Positions 47,089 to 58,287 of a stretch of 64,000 nucleotides of DNA are shown here, piece after piece; positions within the stretch are counted from its first letter, which is position 1, and each line of letters opens with the position of its first letter. The position numbers and the translations under genes are program-made. The DNA is from a bacterium (GTDB taxonomy: Bacteria > Patescibacteriota > JABMPQ01 > JBDRIV01), in NCBI GenBank assembly GCA_043815505.1, contig JBDRIV010000002.1:246943-310942 (forward strand), read 5' to 3'. The notes below the pieces were generated by a model. That model saw only the letters and a program-made list of their open reading frames with translations. It was not told the origin of the DNA and did no database searches.

Positions 47089-48858
47089 ATGAAAGAAGGT
47101 ACCATTATAAAAGTTTCAGGCCCTTTAGTAGTTGCTGAGGGTATGACCGACGTCAATATGTATGACGTTGTTAAAGTATCAGATAAAAAACTGGTTGGTG
47201 AAATTATTGAGCTGGATGGCGACAAAGCTTCAATTCAGGTCTATGAGGATACCGCAGGCTTAGGGCCGGGTGAGCCAGTTTTTGCTACAGGCGAACAACT
47301 TTCAGTTGAGCTCGGACCGGGAATCATTGAATCAATTTACGACGGTGTGCAAAGACCATTACAGAAAATTATGGAAGAATCTGGTGCGTTTATTGCCCGC
47401 GGAATTGATGTTCCTGGACTTGATAGAAAAAAGAAATGGAAGTTCGAACCGCAAGTTGAAACTGGTGCAGATGTCGTAGCTGGTGATATTTTAGGAATTG
47501 TGGCTGAAACTTCTTTGGTAGAACATAAAATTATGGTACCAGAAAAAATGGCTGGTAAAGTTAAAAGCATTGCCAAGGGTGAATTTACAGTTACCGATAC
47601 AGTTTGTGTAATCTCTGGCAAGGATGGAAAAGATTATGAAGTGCAAATGCTACAACGTTGGCCAATTCGTCGTCCCCGTCCCATCAATAAAAAACTTCTT
47701 TCTACTAAACCTCTAATCTCTGGTCAACGTGTTATTGATACTTTATTCCCAGTTGTAAAAGGTGGTGCCGCTTGTGTTCCTGGACCTTTCGGTGCTGGAA
47801 AAACTGTGGTGCAACATCAGATGTCCAAATGGGCTGATGCTGATATTATTGTTTTCATCGGTTGTGGTGAACGCGGAAATGAAATGACAGACGTGTTAAT
47901 GGAATTCCCAGAACTAAAAGATCCTCGCAGTGGTGAACCTCTAATGAAACGCACAGTTCTTATTGCCAACACTTCTAACATGCCGGTGGCCGCTCGTGAA
48001 GCTTCTGTTTACACTGGAATTACTATTGCTGAATATTTCCGCGATATGGGTTATGATGTAGCACTTATGGCCGACTCAACTTCTCGTTGGGCTGAAGCTA
48101 TGCGTGAAATTTCTGGACGTTTGGAAGAAATGCCTGGTGAAGAAGGTTACCCAGCTTATCTTGGTTCCCGAACAGCTTCTTTCTATGAAAGAGCCGGTTC
48201 GGTTGAATGTTTGGGAGCAGACAAAAGAAAAGGATCACTAACAGTTATTGGAGCAGTTTCTCCTCCTGGTGGTGACCTCTCAGAACCTGTTACCCAAAAC
48301 ACACTTCGTGTTACCAAAGTTTTCTGGGGACTGGATGCCAACCTAGCTTATCGTCGTCATTTCCCAGCCATCAACTGGTTAACCAGTTATTCTCTATATG
48401 TAGATGAATTAGAAGATTATTACAAAAATGAAGTGGCTGAAGAATGGCCAGCTCTAAGAACTAAAACGATGACATTGTTGCAGCAAGAAGCTTCTTTGCA
48501 AGAAATCGTGCGTTTGGTTGGTGTTGATGCGTTGTCTTCTAAAGAGCAGTTAGTTTTGCAAACTTCAAAATCAATTCGTGAAGATTATTTGATTCAAAAT
48601 GCTTTTGATGATGTTGATACTTATACTTCCATGAAAAAGCAGTACTGGATGTTAAAAGCCATTTTGACTTTTCACGATAAAGCTCTGGAAATGATTCAGA
48701 ATGATGTTCCGCTAGCAAAACTTATGGAATTGCCAGTGCGACAAAAAATGGCTCGTTCTAAAATGATACCTGAAGATAAAATAAAAGAACTGGAAAACAT
48801 TATTACTGAAATACAGAAAGAATTTGAAGGAGTTGCGATTCAAAAAACTAACGCTTAA
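47089..48858 (+). CDS. atpA: V/A-type ATPase subunit A
   Basis: [26 protein letters not shown]. Confidence 0.98.
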   Translation: MKEGTIIKVSGPLVVAEGMTDVNMYDVVKVSDKKLVGEIIELDGDKASIQVYEDTAGLGPGEPVFATGEQLSVELGPGIIESIYDGVQRPLQKIMEESGAFIARGIDVPGLDRKKKWKFEPQVETGADVVAGDILGIVAETSLVEHKIMVPEKMAGKVKSIAKGEFTVTDTVCVISGKDGKDYEVQMLQRWPIRRPRPINKKLLSTKPLISGQRVIDTLFPVVKGGAACVPGPFGAGKTVVQHQMSKWADADIIVFIGCGERGNEMTDVLMEFPELKDPRSGEPLMKRTVLIANTSNMPVAAREASVYTGITIAEYFRDMGYDVALMADSTSRWAEAMREISGRLEEMPGEEGYPAYLGSRTASFYERAGSVECLGADKRKGSLTVIGAVSPPGGDLSEPVTQNTLRVTKVFWGLDANLAYRRHFPAINWLTSYSLYVDELEDYYKNEVAEEWPALRTKTMTLLQQEASLQEIVRLVGVDALSSKEQLVLQTSKSIREDYLIQNAFDDVDTYTSMKKQYWMLKAILTFHDKALEMIQNDVPLAKLMELPVRQKMARSKMIPEDKIKELENIITEIQKEFEGVAIQKTNA

Positions 48859-48876
48859 TAGAAAGGACTACATACT

Positions 48877-50256
48877 ATGTTAAAAGAATATAAAACAGTA
48901 AAAGAAATTGCCGGACCACTAATGATTGTGGAAAAGGTTAAAGACGTTAAATATGAAGAGCTGGTAGAAGTGGAACTGGCAAATGGAGATCGTCGTCGCG
49001 GAAGAGTTCTCGAAATAACTGACACTCAAGCGGTGGTGCAGATGTTTGAAGACACGCGCGGTGTGTCAGTTGCAGGAACAAAAGCAAAATTTCTTGGTAA
49101 AGGAATGGAGATTGCTGTTTCTGAAGATATGCTCGGTAGAGTTTTTAATGGTGCGGGCCGACCAAAAGATGGGGGACCAGAACTGGTTTCATCTGAAACT
49201 CGCGACATCAACGGCAGTCCAATTAATCCCTATGCTCGTGATTATCCCAACGACTTTATTCAAACCGGAGTTTCTACCATTGATGGTATGAACACTTTGG
49301 TGCGCGGACAAAAACTACCAATATTTTCTGGCGCTGGACTTCCTCATTCAGAATTGGCTGCTCAAATTGCTCGTCAAGCAAAAGTTATGAGCAAAGATGG
49401 AGAAGGGGAATTTGCTGTGGTTTTTGGAGCCATGGGAATTACCTTTGCAGAAGCAGAGTATTTTATCAATCAGTTTAAAGAAACTGGGGCTATTGAAAGA
49501 GCCGCTGTTTATATTAACTTAGCAGATGACCCTGTTGTAGAACGTATTACTCTTCCTCGCATGGCTTTAACCGCTGCTGAGTATTTGGCTTTTGAAAAAG
49601 GAAAACACGTGCTAGTAATTTTAACTGATCTTACCAACTACTGTGAGGCTTTGCGCGAAGTTTCTGCTGCCCGTAAAGAAGTTCCTGGACGTCGTGGTTA
49701 TCCCGGTTATTTGTATACCGACCTTTCAACCATCTATGAAAGAGCAGGAAGAATTAAAGGAAAGCCGGGTTCAATTACTCAGATTCCAATTCTAACCATG
49801 CCTGAAGATGATAAAACTCATCCGATTCCAGATTTAACCGGTTACATTACCGAAGGACAGATTATGCTTTCTCGCGAACTTCATAAGGGTGGAATTTTTC
49901 CTCCCGTTGATGTGTTGCCATCACTTTCTCGTTTGAAGGATAAAGGAATTGGTGAAGGAAAAACAAGAGAAGATCATTCTGGAGTTCTCAATCAGTTATT
50001 TGCAGCTTATGCCCAAGGAAAAGAAGCGAAAGAGTTAGCAATAATCTTAGGTGAAGCTGCTCTATCTGATGCTGACAAAAAATATGCTAAGTTTGCTGAT
50101 GAATTTGAAAACAGATTTGTAAGACAAGCTGAAATTGAAGATAGAACAATTGAGGAAACTCTAAATCTTGGTTGGGAATTATTGTCCATTCTACCAATGG
50201 AAGAATTGAAGCGTGTAAAACCAGAGCAAATTGAAAAATATCTACCAAAAAAGTAA
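48877..50256 (+). CDS. atpB: V/A-type ATPase subunit B
   Basis: [33 protein letters not shown]. Confidence 0.98.
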   Translation: MLKEYKTVKEIAGPLMIVEKVKDVKYEELVEVELANGDRRRGRVLEITDTQAVVQMFEDTRGVSVAGTKAKFLGKGMEIAVSEDMLGRVFNGAGRPKDGGPELVSSETRDINGSPINPYARDYPNDFIQTGVSTIDGMNTLVRGQKLPIFSGAGLPHSELAAQIARQAKVMSKDGEGEFAVVFGAMGITFAEAEYFINQFKETGAIERAAVYINLADDPVVERITLPRMALTAAEYLAFEKGKHVLVILTDLTNYCEALREVSAARKEVPGRRGYPGYLYTDLSTIYERAGRIKGKPGSITQIPILTMPEDDKTHPIPDLTGYITEGQIMLSRELHKGGIFPPVDVLPSLSRLKDKGIGEGKTREDHSGVLNQLFAAYAQGKEAKELAIILGEAALSDADKKYAKFADEFENRFVRQAEIEDRTIEETLNLGWELLSILPMEELKRVKPEQIEKYLPKK

Positions 50257-50337
50257 AAGAGCAAATAGAAAAGAGTAAAACATCGGCCGGTATAATAGTT
50301 TCTTTACTCTTTAATCTTCAAATTTTAATCTTTCTAA

Positions 50338-50961
50338 ATGGCTAAACTAAACGTCAATCCAACACGAATGGAGCTACTGAAGTTACGTAAGCGCGTAACT
50401 ACTGCTAAACGTGGTCACAAACTGCTTAAAGAAAAGCGTGATGGTTTGATGAAAAAATTTATGGCCATAATCAGAGAAGCAAAAGAAGCACGCGAGCAAA
50501 TTGAAGTAGGACTGGCAGATGCCTTCAAAAAATTCTTATTTGCTTCAGCTTCCATGCGCTCAGATGTTTTAACAGAAGCTTTGGTTCTGCCATCACAAAA
50601 AATATCTCTGACAACTGATACAGAAAATGTGATGAGTGTAGAGATCCCCATATTTGATATAAAGCAAGAAGGCGATTTCTTATCATACGGATTAATAAAC
50701 ACAGCCTCAGGACTTGATAATTCTTTACAGAAGTTTTCTGATAATTTATCGCAAATGGTAAAGTTAGCACAAATTGAACACTCGGCTTTATTGCTGGCTC
50801 AAGAAATTGAGAAAACCAGGCGCAGAGTAAATGCCTTAGAATATGTTCTTATTCCCAATTTGGAAGAGACGGTTAAATATATTGAAATGAAACTAGCTGA
50901 GCAAGAAAGAGCCAATGTTGCTAACGTCATGCGCGTCAAGGAACTCATTTCCCAAGAATAA
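50338..50961 (+). CDS. atpD: V/A-type ATPase subunit D
   Basis: NPTRMEL, GHKLLKEKRD, TRRRVNALE. Confidence 0.97.
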   Translation: MAKLNVNPTRMELLKLRKRVTTAKRGHKLLKEKRDGLMKKFMAIIREAKEAREQIEVGLADAFKKFLFASASMRSDVLTEALVLPSQKISLTTDTENVMSVEIPIFDIKQEGDFLSYGLINTASGLDNSLQKFSDNLSQMVKLAQIEHSALLLAQEIEKTRRRVNALEYVLIPNLEETVKYIEMKLAEQERANVANVMRVKELISQE

Positions 50962-51009
50962 CGACTTTTGCTATAATTTAGCTAGTTAAAATAAAATTAA
51001 ATTATTTCT

Positions 51010-52077
51010 ATGAATAAATTCTTTCAAAAAATTAAGGAGGATAAGAGATGGCAAATGGGTTTAGTTATTGCCATCGTTTTATTAATTACTATAATTGTAT
51101 TTCTCTACTTCAGGTTTAGTGATACTGATAATCCTTTTGAGCGACTCGTAAGTGGTGATACCTATCGCAAGCTTGACGGTGTTATGGTTGATAAGGAAAA
51201 AGTTAATCCGCCAATTGTAGCGGTGATGATTGAAAATTTATCTACTATCAGAGACACTCAAGCTGGACTTGATACAGCGCCGGTTGTTTATGAGGCTTTG
51301 GCTGAAGGTGGTATAACCAGGTTTTTAGTCATCTTCCCAGACTTAGATGTTGCCGATATTGCAGCGACTAGAATTGGTCCAGTACGTTCTGCTCGTCCTT
51401 ATTATTATGAATGGTCATCAGAATATGATGCTCTCTACACTCATGTTGGTGGTAGCCCAGAAGCTTTGGCGGGAATTAGTGGTCTGGGAATTCCCGACCT
51501 AAACGCTATGTATTCTGATTCAGTTTATTTCTGGCGCGATACTGCCCTGGCTGCTCCCCATAATTTGTTCATCAATGGCCAAAATTTAAGTTTTGCTCTG
51601 CGTGACAAAGATATGCTTGATTTGCAGCCTGACTATCAAGGTTGGAAATATGAAGATGAAGCAAGTTCAGATGATCGAGGAAGTGGTGAAAATGATGTCA
51701 CAATTGATTTCTCTTCTATTGGCTATGTTGTTAAATGGGATTATGATCAGAATGATAATGAATACTATCGTTTTAATGCTGGTGAAAAACATATAGATTT
51801 CAATACTGGTCAGCAAATTACTGCCGATAATGTAATTGTGCAATATGTAAACGCAACTGACACTGGAGACAATGGTCGTTTATCTATGGACGTTACTGGT
51901 AATGGCACCGCCGTGATGTTTAGAAACGGTATGACATATGAAGGAACTTGGGAAAAAGATTCACGAGAAGACAGAACTTTGTTTTACACTGAAGACGGCA
52001 AAGAATATACCTTAAACCGTGGTACTACCTGGGTGGAAATTATTCCTCCCGACCGCGATGTCGAATATAGTCTTTAA
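51010..52077 (+). CDS. DUF3048 (YerB-like) membrane-anchored protein
   Basis: VMIEN, EGGITRF, IGPVRSAR, APHNL. Confidence 0.9.
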   Translation: MNKFFQKIKEDKRWQMGLVIAIVLLITIIVFLYFRFSDTDNPFERLVSGDTYRKLDGVMVDKEKVNPPIVAVMIENLSTIRDTQAGLDTAPVVYEALAEGGITRFLVIFPDLDVADIAATRIGPVRSARPYYYEWSSEYDALYTHVGGSPEALAGISGLGIPDLNAMYSDSVYFWRDTALAAPHNLFINGQNLSFALRDKDMLDLQPDYQGWKYEDEASSDDRGSGENDVTIDFSSIGYVVKWDYDQNDNEYYRFNAGEKHIDFNTGQQITADNVIVQYVNATDTGDNGRLSMDVTGNGTAVMFRNGMTYEGTWEKDSREDRTLFYTEDGKEYTLNRGTTWVEIIPPDRDVEYSL

Positions 52078-52091
52078 AATCTAAAACCAAA

Positions 52092-53210
52092 ATGGCAGAA
52101 GAAAAACCAAAAAAGAAATCTAAAATAAAAGAATTTTTTAAGAAACTGGGCGAGGATAGACGCTTACAAATTTATGTCAGCGTGGCAGTTTTAGTAATTG
52201 TCGTGGCTGTAACTTGGGGGATTGTGATCGCCGTGAACGACAAAGATGATGATGACGTAAAAATAAGTTCTAAAAAAGTTGTAGAAGAAGATGTTAATAT
52301 TAACGAACGTCGTTTGGATGGCATGATAGTTGCTCCCGAAGATGCCAATAAATGGCCAGTAGCTATTATGATTGAAAATCTAATTGCTGCCAGACCACAA
52401 GCTGGTTTGATTGATGCGCAACTTGTTTATGAAACATTAGCTGAATCTGGAATAACTCGTTTTATGACAATATTTTCTGGTGATATGCCAGACAAAATTG
52501 GACCAGTGCGATCATCAAGGCGATACTATTTAGAATGGGCACAACCCTTAGATCCTGTTTATGCTCATGCTGGTGGCAGTCCACAAGCCCTGGAACATAT
52601 TAGTGCTTTTGGGATTAAAAATCTAAATGCTATTGCTAGCGCCGCCGCTTATTTCTGGCGCGGTGAAGGTAGTGCTCCGCACAATCTTTATACTAGTTGG
52701 GAAAAAATGACCTTTGCAGTACGCGATAAAGAATTAACGAATGCTACACCAGAATATACCAAATGGTTATTTAAAGATGCCACAGAGGATTTACCCACAG
52801 AAGAAAAAACAATTGATATAGAATTTTCTTCAGCCACTTACAATGTGCATTATGAATACGATTCAGCCACTAACGATTATAAAAGATTTCATTCTGATAC
52901 TCCGCACACCGATAGAAATACCGGAAATCAAATAAAAGTTAAAAACGTGGTGATACAAAAAGTCCCAGCTGAAGTAGGACTTAGTGAGAAGGGAAGAATT
53001 GATTTGGATTTGCATGGTACTGGTGAAGCGATACTTTGTTCTGACGGTGTTTGTGAGCAAGGTACTTGGAGCAAACCAGATTTAGATACACGTACTGTAT
53101 TCACAGGCGCCGGTGGTGAGGAATACGAATTCACACGAGGAAATATTTGGGTGGAAGTTGTTCCAGGAGAAAGAAATGTTAACTATACCGAATTACAAGC
53201 CACTGAATAA
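52092..53210 (+). CDS. DUF3048 (YerB-like) membrane-anchored protein, tandem paralogue
   Basis: IMIEN, ARPQAGL, IGPVRSSR, APHNLY. Confidence 0.9.
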   Translation: MAEEKPKKKSKIKEFFKKLGEDRRLQIYVSVAVLVIVVAVTWGIVIAVNDKDDDDVKISSKKVVEEDVNINERRLDGMIVAPEDANKWPVAIMIENLIAARPQAGLIDAQLVYETLAESGITRFMTIFSGDMPDKIGPVRSSRRYYLEWAQPLDPVYAHAGGSPQALEHISAFGIKNLNAIASAAAYFWRGEGSAPHNLYTSWEKMTFAVRDKELTNATPEYTKWLFKDATEDLPTEEKTIDIEFSSATYNVHYEYDSATNDYKRFHSDTPHTDRNTGNQIKVKNVVIQKVPAEVGLSEKGRIDLDLHGTGEAILCSDGVCEQGTWSKPDLDTRTVFTGAGGEEYEFTRGNIWVEVVPGERNVNYTELQATE

Positions 53211-53211
53211 A

Positions 53212-54045
53212 CTACAAATTAACAACAAAAAGTCTTGGTCGTTTGGCCAAGTCTTTTTTTACTTTAATTTTAACGTTAGGGTAAAGTATTTTGATTTTTA
53301 GAGCAAAACGATTTATGTAACTCGGATCAATTTCCATATAAATTATGCCATCACGTTTTAATTTTTTAACTGCTTGTTGTAATAAATCTAAATATAGTTC
53401 AAAACCTCTTCGTCCACCAAGTAGTGCCTTAAAACTTTCATATCTTTTAATATCAGTGGGAAGATCTCCCCAACGGCGATTAGGAAGATAGGGGAGATTG
53501 GCAACTATAATATCAAATTTGCCGTAAATTGATTTTAGCAAATTGCTTTTTTTGAATTTGATGCGAGAAGAAACTTCATGTAGTTTAGCATTTTCTTTTG
53601 CTATGCGAAGTGAAATGTCATCTATATCGGAAGCAACTATTTTACTTTTTGGCATACTTTTTGCCAAAGCAATAGCAATGCAACCAGAGCCTGTGCCCAC
53701 ATCACAAATTTTAGATTTAGGACGCGAATTTTTTATAACCTCCTCAACCAGCAGTTCCGTTTCGGGTCGAGGAACTAAAACTCCACGGCGAATTATAAAT
53801 TCTAAACCATAAAATTCTTTCTTGCCGGTAATGAAAGCAACCGGTTCTCCTTTGCGGCGTCTCTTGATTACTCGGCGAAAATTTACAATTTCTTTTTTAG
53901 TCAGCTCGTTTTCCGGATGAGCTAATAAAAATTCTTTTGGTCTTTTCGTAATATAAGCTAAAAGAATTTCCGCATCTAAATCTGCCGAATCACTAATTTT
54001 AATTATTTTCTTCTCAGCGTAAGCCAAGGCTTCTTTAATTGTCAT
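53212..54045 (-). CDS. prmC: Release factor glutamine methyltransferase
   Basis: LVPRPETE, DVGTGSG, ANLPY. Confidence 0.95.
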   Translation of the reverse strand: MTIKEALAYAEKKIIKISDSADLDAEILLAYITKRPKEFLLAHPENELTKKEIVNFRRVIKRRRKGEPVAFITGKKEFYGLEFIIRRGVLVPRPETELLVEEVIKNSRPKSKICDVGTGSGCIAIALAKSMPKSKIVASDIDDISLRIAKENAKLHEVSSRIKFKKSNLLKSIYGKFDIIVANLPYLPNRRWGDLPTDIKRYESFKALLGGRRGFELYLDLLQQAVKKLKRDGIIYMEIDPSYINRFALKIKILYPNVKIKVKKDLAKRPRLFVVNL

Positions 54046-54054
54046 AAATATAAA

Positions 54055-55221
54055 TTATCCTACCCAATAATTATTTAGAAACATATTGAGGAACAGAGCG
54101 TACAGTAAAACTGATGTTACTAATACCATTATATACAAATATTCACGTTTTAACACCCTTGCCAAATAAATGAAGGCAGGGAAGAGAACAATGACATATC
54201 TGGTGGTGCTAATTAGTGTTCCGGTTACAGAACTGGCTAAGAGAAATAAAACCATCATTAAACCATAAGAAACTCGAAATCTAATGGCAATAATTATAGC
54301 CAATACAAAGAATAAAACAAAAGCAATAAAATCAAAACTGTTGGCCAAGTGATAAGCCTGCCCGCCAGTTAGCATGGTTAGAAAATCATTAAAATAAGTT
54401 GTCAGTGTTGAAAAGAAACCTATAATACCTTCACCAAGCTCCCGACTCCAAACTTTCTGCGCATTTATAAAAGTTAGGGGATCACCAAATTTGTTCCACA
54501 AAAAAATCATATAGGAAATTATCCCCAGTGGTATCAACAACAAGTTTAAAATATTTACTTTTATATCTCTAAATTTGAAATTTCTATATTCCAAATATTC
54601 CACCAGCAAAACTATCAGCATTAAAATTCCCACACTGCGGGTGGCGGCAGAAAACATCGCCAAAATTGAAGCCAGTAAATATTTATTCTTGCGAGCAAAA
54701 TAAAACGAACTGGCAATTAAAAACAAAAATAAACTTTCTGTATAAACGGATAGAAAGAAAAAAGCAGTGGGGAAAAGTAGTAAGAGAAAAACTGCTCGTA
54801 AAGATTTTTTCTGGTTTAAATCTAAATTCGCTAATTTATAAAGAAAAATAATTGCTCCGAACAAGGTCAGATGAGAAATTATTAAACCGGAAATTAAAGG
54901 ATCAATTCCAGTTAAAGATACAAACTTCATTAAAAGAGGGTAGAGGGGAAAGAAGGCGGTGTTGGAGGCAGTAGCAGTATAATAATAACCATGTTCTACA
55001 ATGGATAAATACCAACCCGAATCCCAATGAATCAAATGCGTCATCCAATCGGGTAAATAAGTTGGCAACCAAGGATTATCGGGAATCCAAGGATAAGCTT
55101 TGTCCAAAGAAACAAAAAGGCGGCTACTGGCCACCAAACTAAATATGAAAATTATTAGGCGATAAAAAACAAATAGAATTGAAATCTCTAACCATTCTTT
55201 ACGGGAGAGAAATTTAGACAT
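54055..55221 (-). CDS. GT-C mannosyltransferase (PIG-V/GPI18-like)
   Basis: HWDSGWY, AFFPLYP, YTESLF. Confidence 0.85.
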   Translation of the reverse strand: MSKFLSRKEWLEISILFVFYRLIIFIFSLVASSRLFVSLDKAYPWIPDNPWLPTYLPDWMTHLIHWDSGWYLSIVEHGYYYTATASNTAFFPLYPLLMKFVSLTGIDPLISGLIISHLTLFGAIIFLYKLANLDLNQKKSLRAVFLLLLFPTAFFFLSVYTESLFLFLIASSFYFARKNKYLLASILAMFSAATRSVGILMLIVLLVEYLEYRNFKFRDIKVNILNLLLIPLGIISYMIFLWNKFGDPLTFINAQKVWSRELGEGIIGFFSTLTTYFNDFLTMLTGGQAYHLANSFDFIAFVLFFVLAIIIAIRFRVSYGLMMVLFLLASSVTGTLISTTRYVIVLFPAFIYLARVLKREYLYIMVLVTSVLLYALFLNMFLNNYWVG

Positions 55222-55326
55222 CCCGGTAGTACAACTTAATGATTAATTTAATTGTCAGACGTTTTGCCAAGCAATACATTTGTAAAGAAATTAACTAGTA
55301 AAATATTTTAGGGTTGTACTACCGGG
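55222..55326 (-). mobile_element. Family A element (copy 8, between prfA and the mannosyltransferase)
   Basis: CAT|CCCGGTAGTACAAC...GTTGTACTACCGGG|CAT on the + strand. Confidence 0.8.
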
Positions 55327-55330
55327 CATA

Positions 55331-56395
55331 TTATTTATCTGTTAATCTCTGTTTTTTGAATTCTTCTTTTACAGCTTCCAGCATTTCGGAAATATCTCCA
55401 CCCAAATACTTCTCAACATCATGCATAGTTTTTTTAATACGATGATCGGTAATTCTATCTTGAGGGATGTTATAAGTACGAATTTTTTCCGAACGGTCAC
55501 CAGTACCAATTTGAGCTCTTCTTTTGCTACCTTCTTCCTCGGCGTGTTTTTCTTCTTCAGAAGCTTTTAAACGAGAGCGCAAAACTTTCATGGCTTTATC
55601 ACGATTTTTATGCTGAGATTTTTCATCCTGACAAGTTACCACAATTCCTGTTGGCACGTGAGTTAAACGGACAGCAGAATCGGTGGTGTTAACACTTTGG
55701 CCACCAGGACCTGAAGAACGAAAAACATCCAAACGAACATCTTCTAACTTTATTTCAAATTCTACATCTTCCACTTCGGGCAAAACTGCCACTGTAACAG
55801 TTGAGGTGTGAATGCGACCATTCTTTTCTGTTTCAGGAATGCGTTGCACGCGGTGGACACCAGACTCATGGCGCAAATCTTTATAAACTTTTTCACCTCG
55901 GACAGCAAAAATAATTTCTTTAAATCCACCCACACCACTTTTATGTGAATTCATAATTTCAATTTTCCAACCTTTGTCTTCGGCAAAACGTGAGTACATG
56001 CGAAAAAGATCAGTCGCAAAAAGTCCAGCTTCATCACCACCGGCGCCAGCTCTAATTTCCATAATAACGTCTTTGTTTTCATCGGGATCGGACGGTAATA
56101 ATGCTTCTTCAACGTCCTTTGCTAACAATAATTCTTTTTCTTTTAGGGTTCCCAATTCTTCTTCTGCTACCATTCTCATTTCCTCGTCAGTTTCTGAAGC
56201 TACCATTTCTTCTGCCTCACTAATTTGTTTTTTAATACTCTCAAATTCTTGCAAAGGTTTCAACTTTGCTTCTAAGTCGGAGTATTCCTGCGAAAGCTCT
56301 TTATATTTAGCGGGATTAGAAGAAGTCGCAGGATCGGCTAAATCCTTATTTATTTCTTCCAAACGCTTACTAAATAATTCTATTTTATCCTGCAT
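55331..56395 (-). CDS. prfA: Peptide chain release factor 1
   Basis: GGQ motif, PET tripeptide, RSEKIRTYN. Confidence 0.97.
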   Translation of the reverse strand: MQDKIELFSKRLEEINKDLADPATSSNPAKYKELSQEYSDLEAKLKPLQEFESIKKQISEAEEMVASETDEEMRMVAEEELGTLKEKELLLAKDVEEALLPSDPDENKDVIMEIRAGAGGDEAGLFATDLFRMYSRFAEDKGWKIEIMNSHKSGVGGFKEIIFAVRGEKVYKDLRHESGVHRVQRIPETEKNGRIHTSTVTVAVLPEVEDVEFEIKLEDVRLDVFRSSGPGGQSVNTTDSAVRLTHVPTGIVVTCQDEKSQHKNRDKAMKVLRSRLKASEEEKHAEEEGSKRRAQIGTGDRSEKIRTYNIPQDRITDHRIKKTMHDVEKYLGGDISEMLEAVKEEFKKQRLTDK

Positions 56396-56445
56396 TAGAT
56401 AGGGGATTAAAAAATCAGCCTATTCGAGAATAAGCTGACCTTTGG

Positions 56446-56712
56446 TTATTTTTTGGCTGTAGTTTTCTTGTTCTTATTCGGTTTTGCTTTTTTTTCTGTT
56501 TTTTTTATAGCTTCTGTTTTAGCAAAACGTTCGCGGAATTTGTCCACCATTCCGGCGGTGTCTACCAATTTTTGTTTGCCAGTATAAAAAGGATGACAAG
56601 CAGAACAAATTTCTACTTGAATGTCTTTTTGAGTTGAGCCAGTCTTGAAAGTGTTACCGCAAGCACAAGTTACAGTAGCTTCAAAGTAATCTGGATGAGT
56701 TTTTTGCTTCAT
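56446..56712 (-). CDS. rpmE: 50S ribosomal protein L31 (Zn-binding type)
   Basis: [18 protein letters not shown]. Confidence 0.97.
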   Translation of the reverse strand: MKQKTHPDYFEATVTCACGNTFKTGSTQKDIQVEICSACHPFYTGKQKLVDTAGMVDKFRERFAKTEAIKKTEKKAKPNKNKKTTAKK

Positions 56713-56768
56713 AATTAAATTCTAAATATCAAGACGAATAATATCACAGTATTTTAAGTTTGGCAAGA

Positions 56769-56866
56769 CCCGCTCCAGTTTTATAAAACTAGGCATAATT
56801 TTGTATTATATTGCTAAATAGTACTATTAAACTAAAATCTTTGAGTTCAATGAAACTGGGGCTGGG
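56769..56866. mobile_element. Family B inverted-repeat element flanked by CAAGA direct repeat
   Basis: CAAGA|CCCGCTCCAGTTTT...AAACTGGGGCTGGG|CAAGA. Confidence 0.65.
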
Positions 56867-56875
56867 CAAGAGTCT

Positions 56876-57124
56876 TTAATTTTGTAGGTATTCTTCGGCC
56901 AATCTTTTTACAGCCTTTTTGTCAGTTTCAGAAATGGCGTTTTGTTTGCGTAAATCCATCAAAATTTCGCGCAATTCCCAGGATGAAACTCCGCCAGAAT
57001 CAAGCTGTTTTTTTAGGGCTCCCAAAACCAATTCTCTCTCGGTTTGTTTTAGGGATGGGGCAGCGGAAATTAGGCGCCTTTCCATCTGTTTTAGCTCGTC
57101 GTAATCTATTTTACCGTCTTCCAT
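56876..57124 (-). CDS. Hypothetical protein
   Basis: 82-aa helical ORF upstream of rpmE. Confidence 0.6.
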   Translation of the reverse strand: MEDGKIDYDELKQMERRLISAAPSLKQTERELVLGALKKQLDSGGVSSWELREILMDLRKQNAISETDKKAVKRLAEEYLQN

Positions 57125-57234
57125 AAATTTAAGTTAATTGTGGCTAAATTATAGCAGAATAAGGGAAATTTGCTAGTTTGCACAACGTATAGATTAGCGG
57201 TAGTATATAAGCAATTAGTAAACAAATATACAAA

Positions 57235-58287
57235 ATGAATAAGGTTATTAAGACAAAGAGTGTTGGTATGGGCATAACAGAGGTCACAGAGGATTTCATT
57301 CTTTCTGAGGAGCCTATGTCTCGTCTAGTGTTTCAAGCAAAAATGCATAGCAAAGGAATAAGGGGCAGAATTGTTAGACAACGAAGAGAATCCACTAATG
57401 ATGTATGGATTTCTGAAAAAGCGATGCACATACGTGATTTGGGTAAAAATGAAACAATCAATTTAGATTTATGCACAGATGCTGTAAATAAATTATACTC
57501 AGCAATAGTTAGGCTTGCTAATATTTTGAAAGAAAAAGGAATAGAATATGGGGAAAATTCTTATGCCGTTGTTGATCCTGAGTCTATAGTTATCACCGAT
57601 AAAAATAAAGTTCAGTATATTAAAAAGATTGTTGATGCTGGACACGATGAAGATGTGTGGAGACAATTAGTTGAAGCCAATCCAACACTAGTAACAAAAC
57701 TATCGTATGCCAGAATACTTGATACAAAGAATAGCACATTAAAAGAATTAAATGATCGATTAGAGAAAGGTGGCTATCTCGAAACCTCAGGTGATGATTC
57801 ATGGCAGAAATGGATATACGATAACAATTGGTTGTTTGGAGTTAATTACAGAGATCCAATACAAAAGGAAAAAATAAACATTTCAGGAATAATGCCTGAT
57901 TATTTATTTCCAACACTAGATAATTTTGTAGACATTCTAGAAATAAAGCTTCCTCATGATGAGGTTATAGTGGCTGACTCTAGTCATCCTGGTTCTTGGA
58001 AGTTCACATTGCAAACAAATTTAGCTATTGGTCAAGTTGTAAATTATTTAGGCGAGATAGATAGATTGAGAAGAGAAATAGAACCTGAAGTAAAAAAGCA
58101 ATATGGATATGAGGTTTATTTTCTGAAGCCCCGAGCATACATTTTAATTGGTGATAGTGATAAATGGGAAGATGACAAAAAAGAAGGCTTGAGGAAATTA
58201 AATCATGCTCTTCACGGAATTGAAATTCTCACATACAGAGACCTATACGATAGAGGAAAAAGATCTTTAGAAATCAAAAATGAATGA
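57235..58287 (+). CDS. Shedu (SduA, DUF4263) anti-phage nuclease-like protein
   Basis: E..WQ.WI..N.WLFG, PDYL, ILEIKLP, AIGQV.NY, PRAYILIG, IEILTYRDL. Confidence 0.8.
   Translation: MNKVIKTKSVGMGITEVTEDFILSEEPMSRLVFQAKMHSKGIRGRIVRQRRESTNDVWISEKAMHIRDLGKNETINLDLCTDAVNKLYSAIVRLANILKEKGIEYGENSYAVVDPESIVITDKNKVQYIKKIVDAGHDEDVWRQLVEANPTLVTKLSYARILDTKNSTLKELNDRLEKGGYLETSGDDSWQKWIYDNNWLFGVNYRDPIQKEKINISGIMPDYLFPTLDNFVDILEIKLPHDEVIVADSSHPGSWKFTLQTNLAIGQVVNYLGEIDRLRREIEPEVKKQYGYEVYFLKPRAYILIGDSDKWEDDKKEGLRKLNHALHGIEILTYRDLYDRGKRSLEIKNE

Noticed and set aside
51010-53210. Tandem DUF3048 genes as a novel system
   Set aside because: Ordinary diverged paralogues of a family frequent in such genomes.
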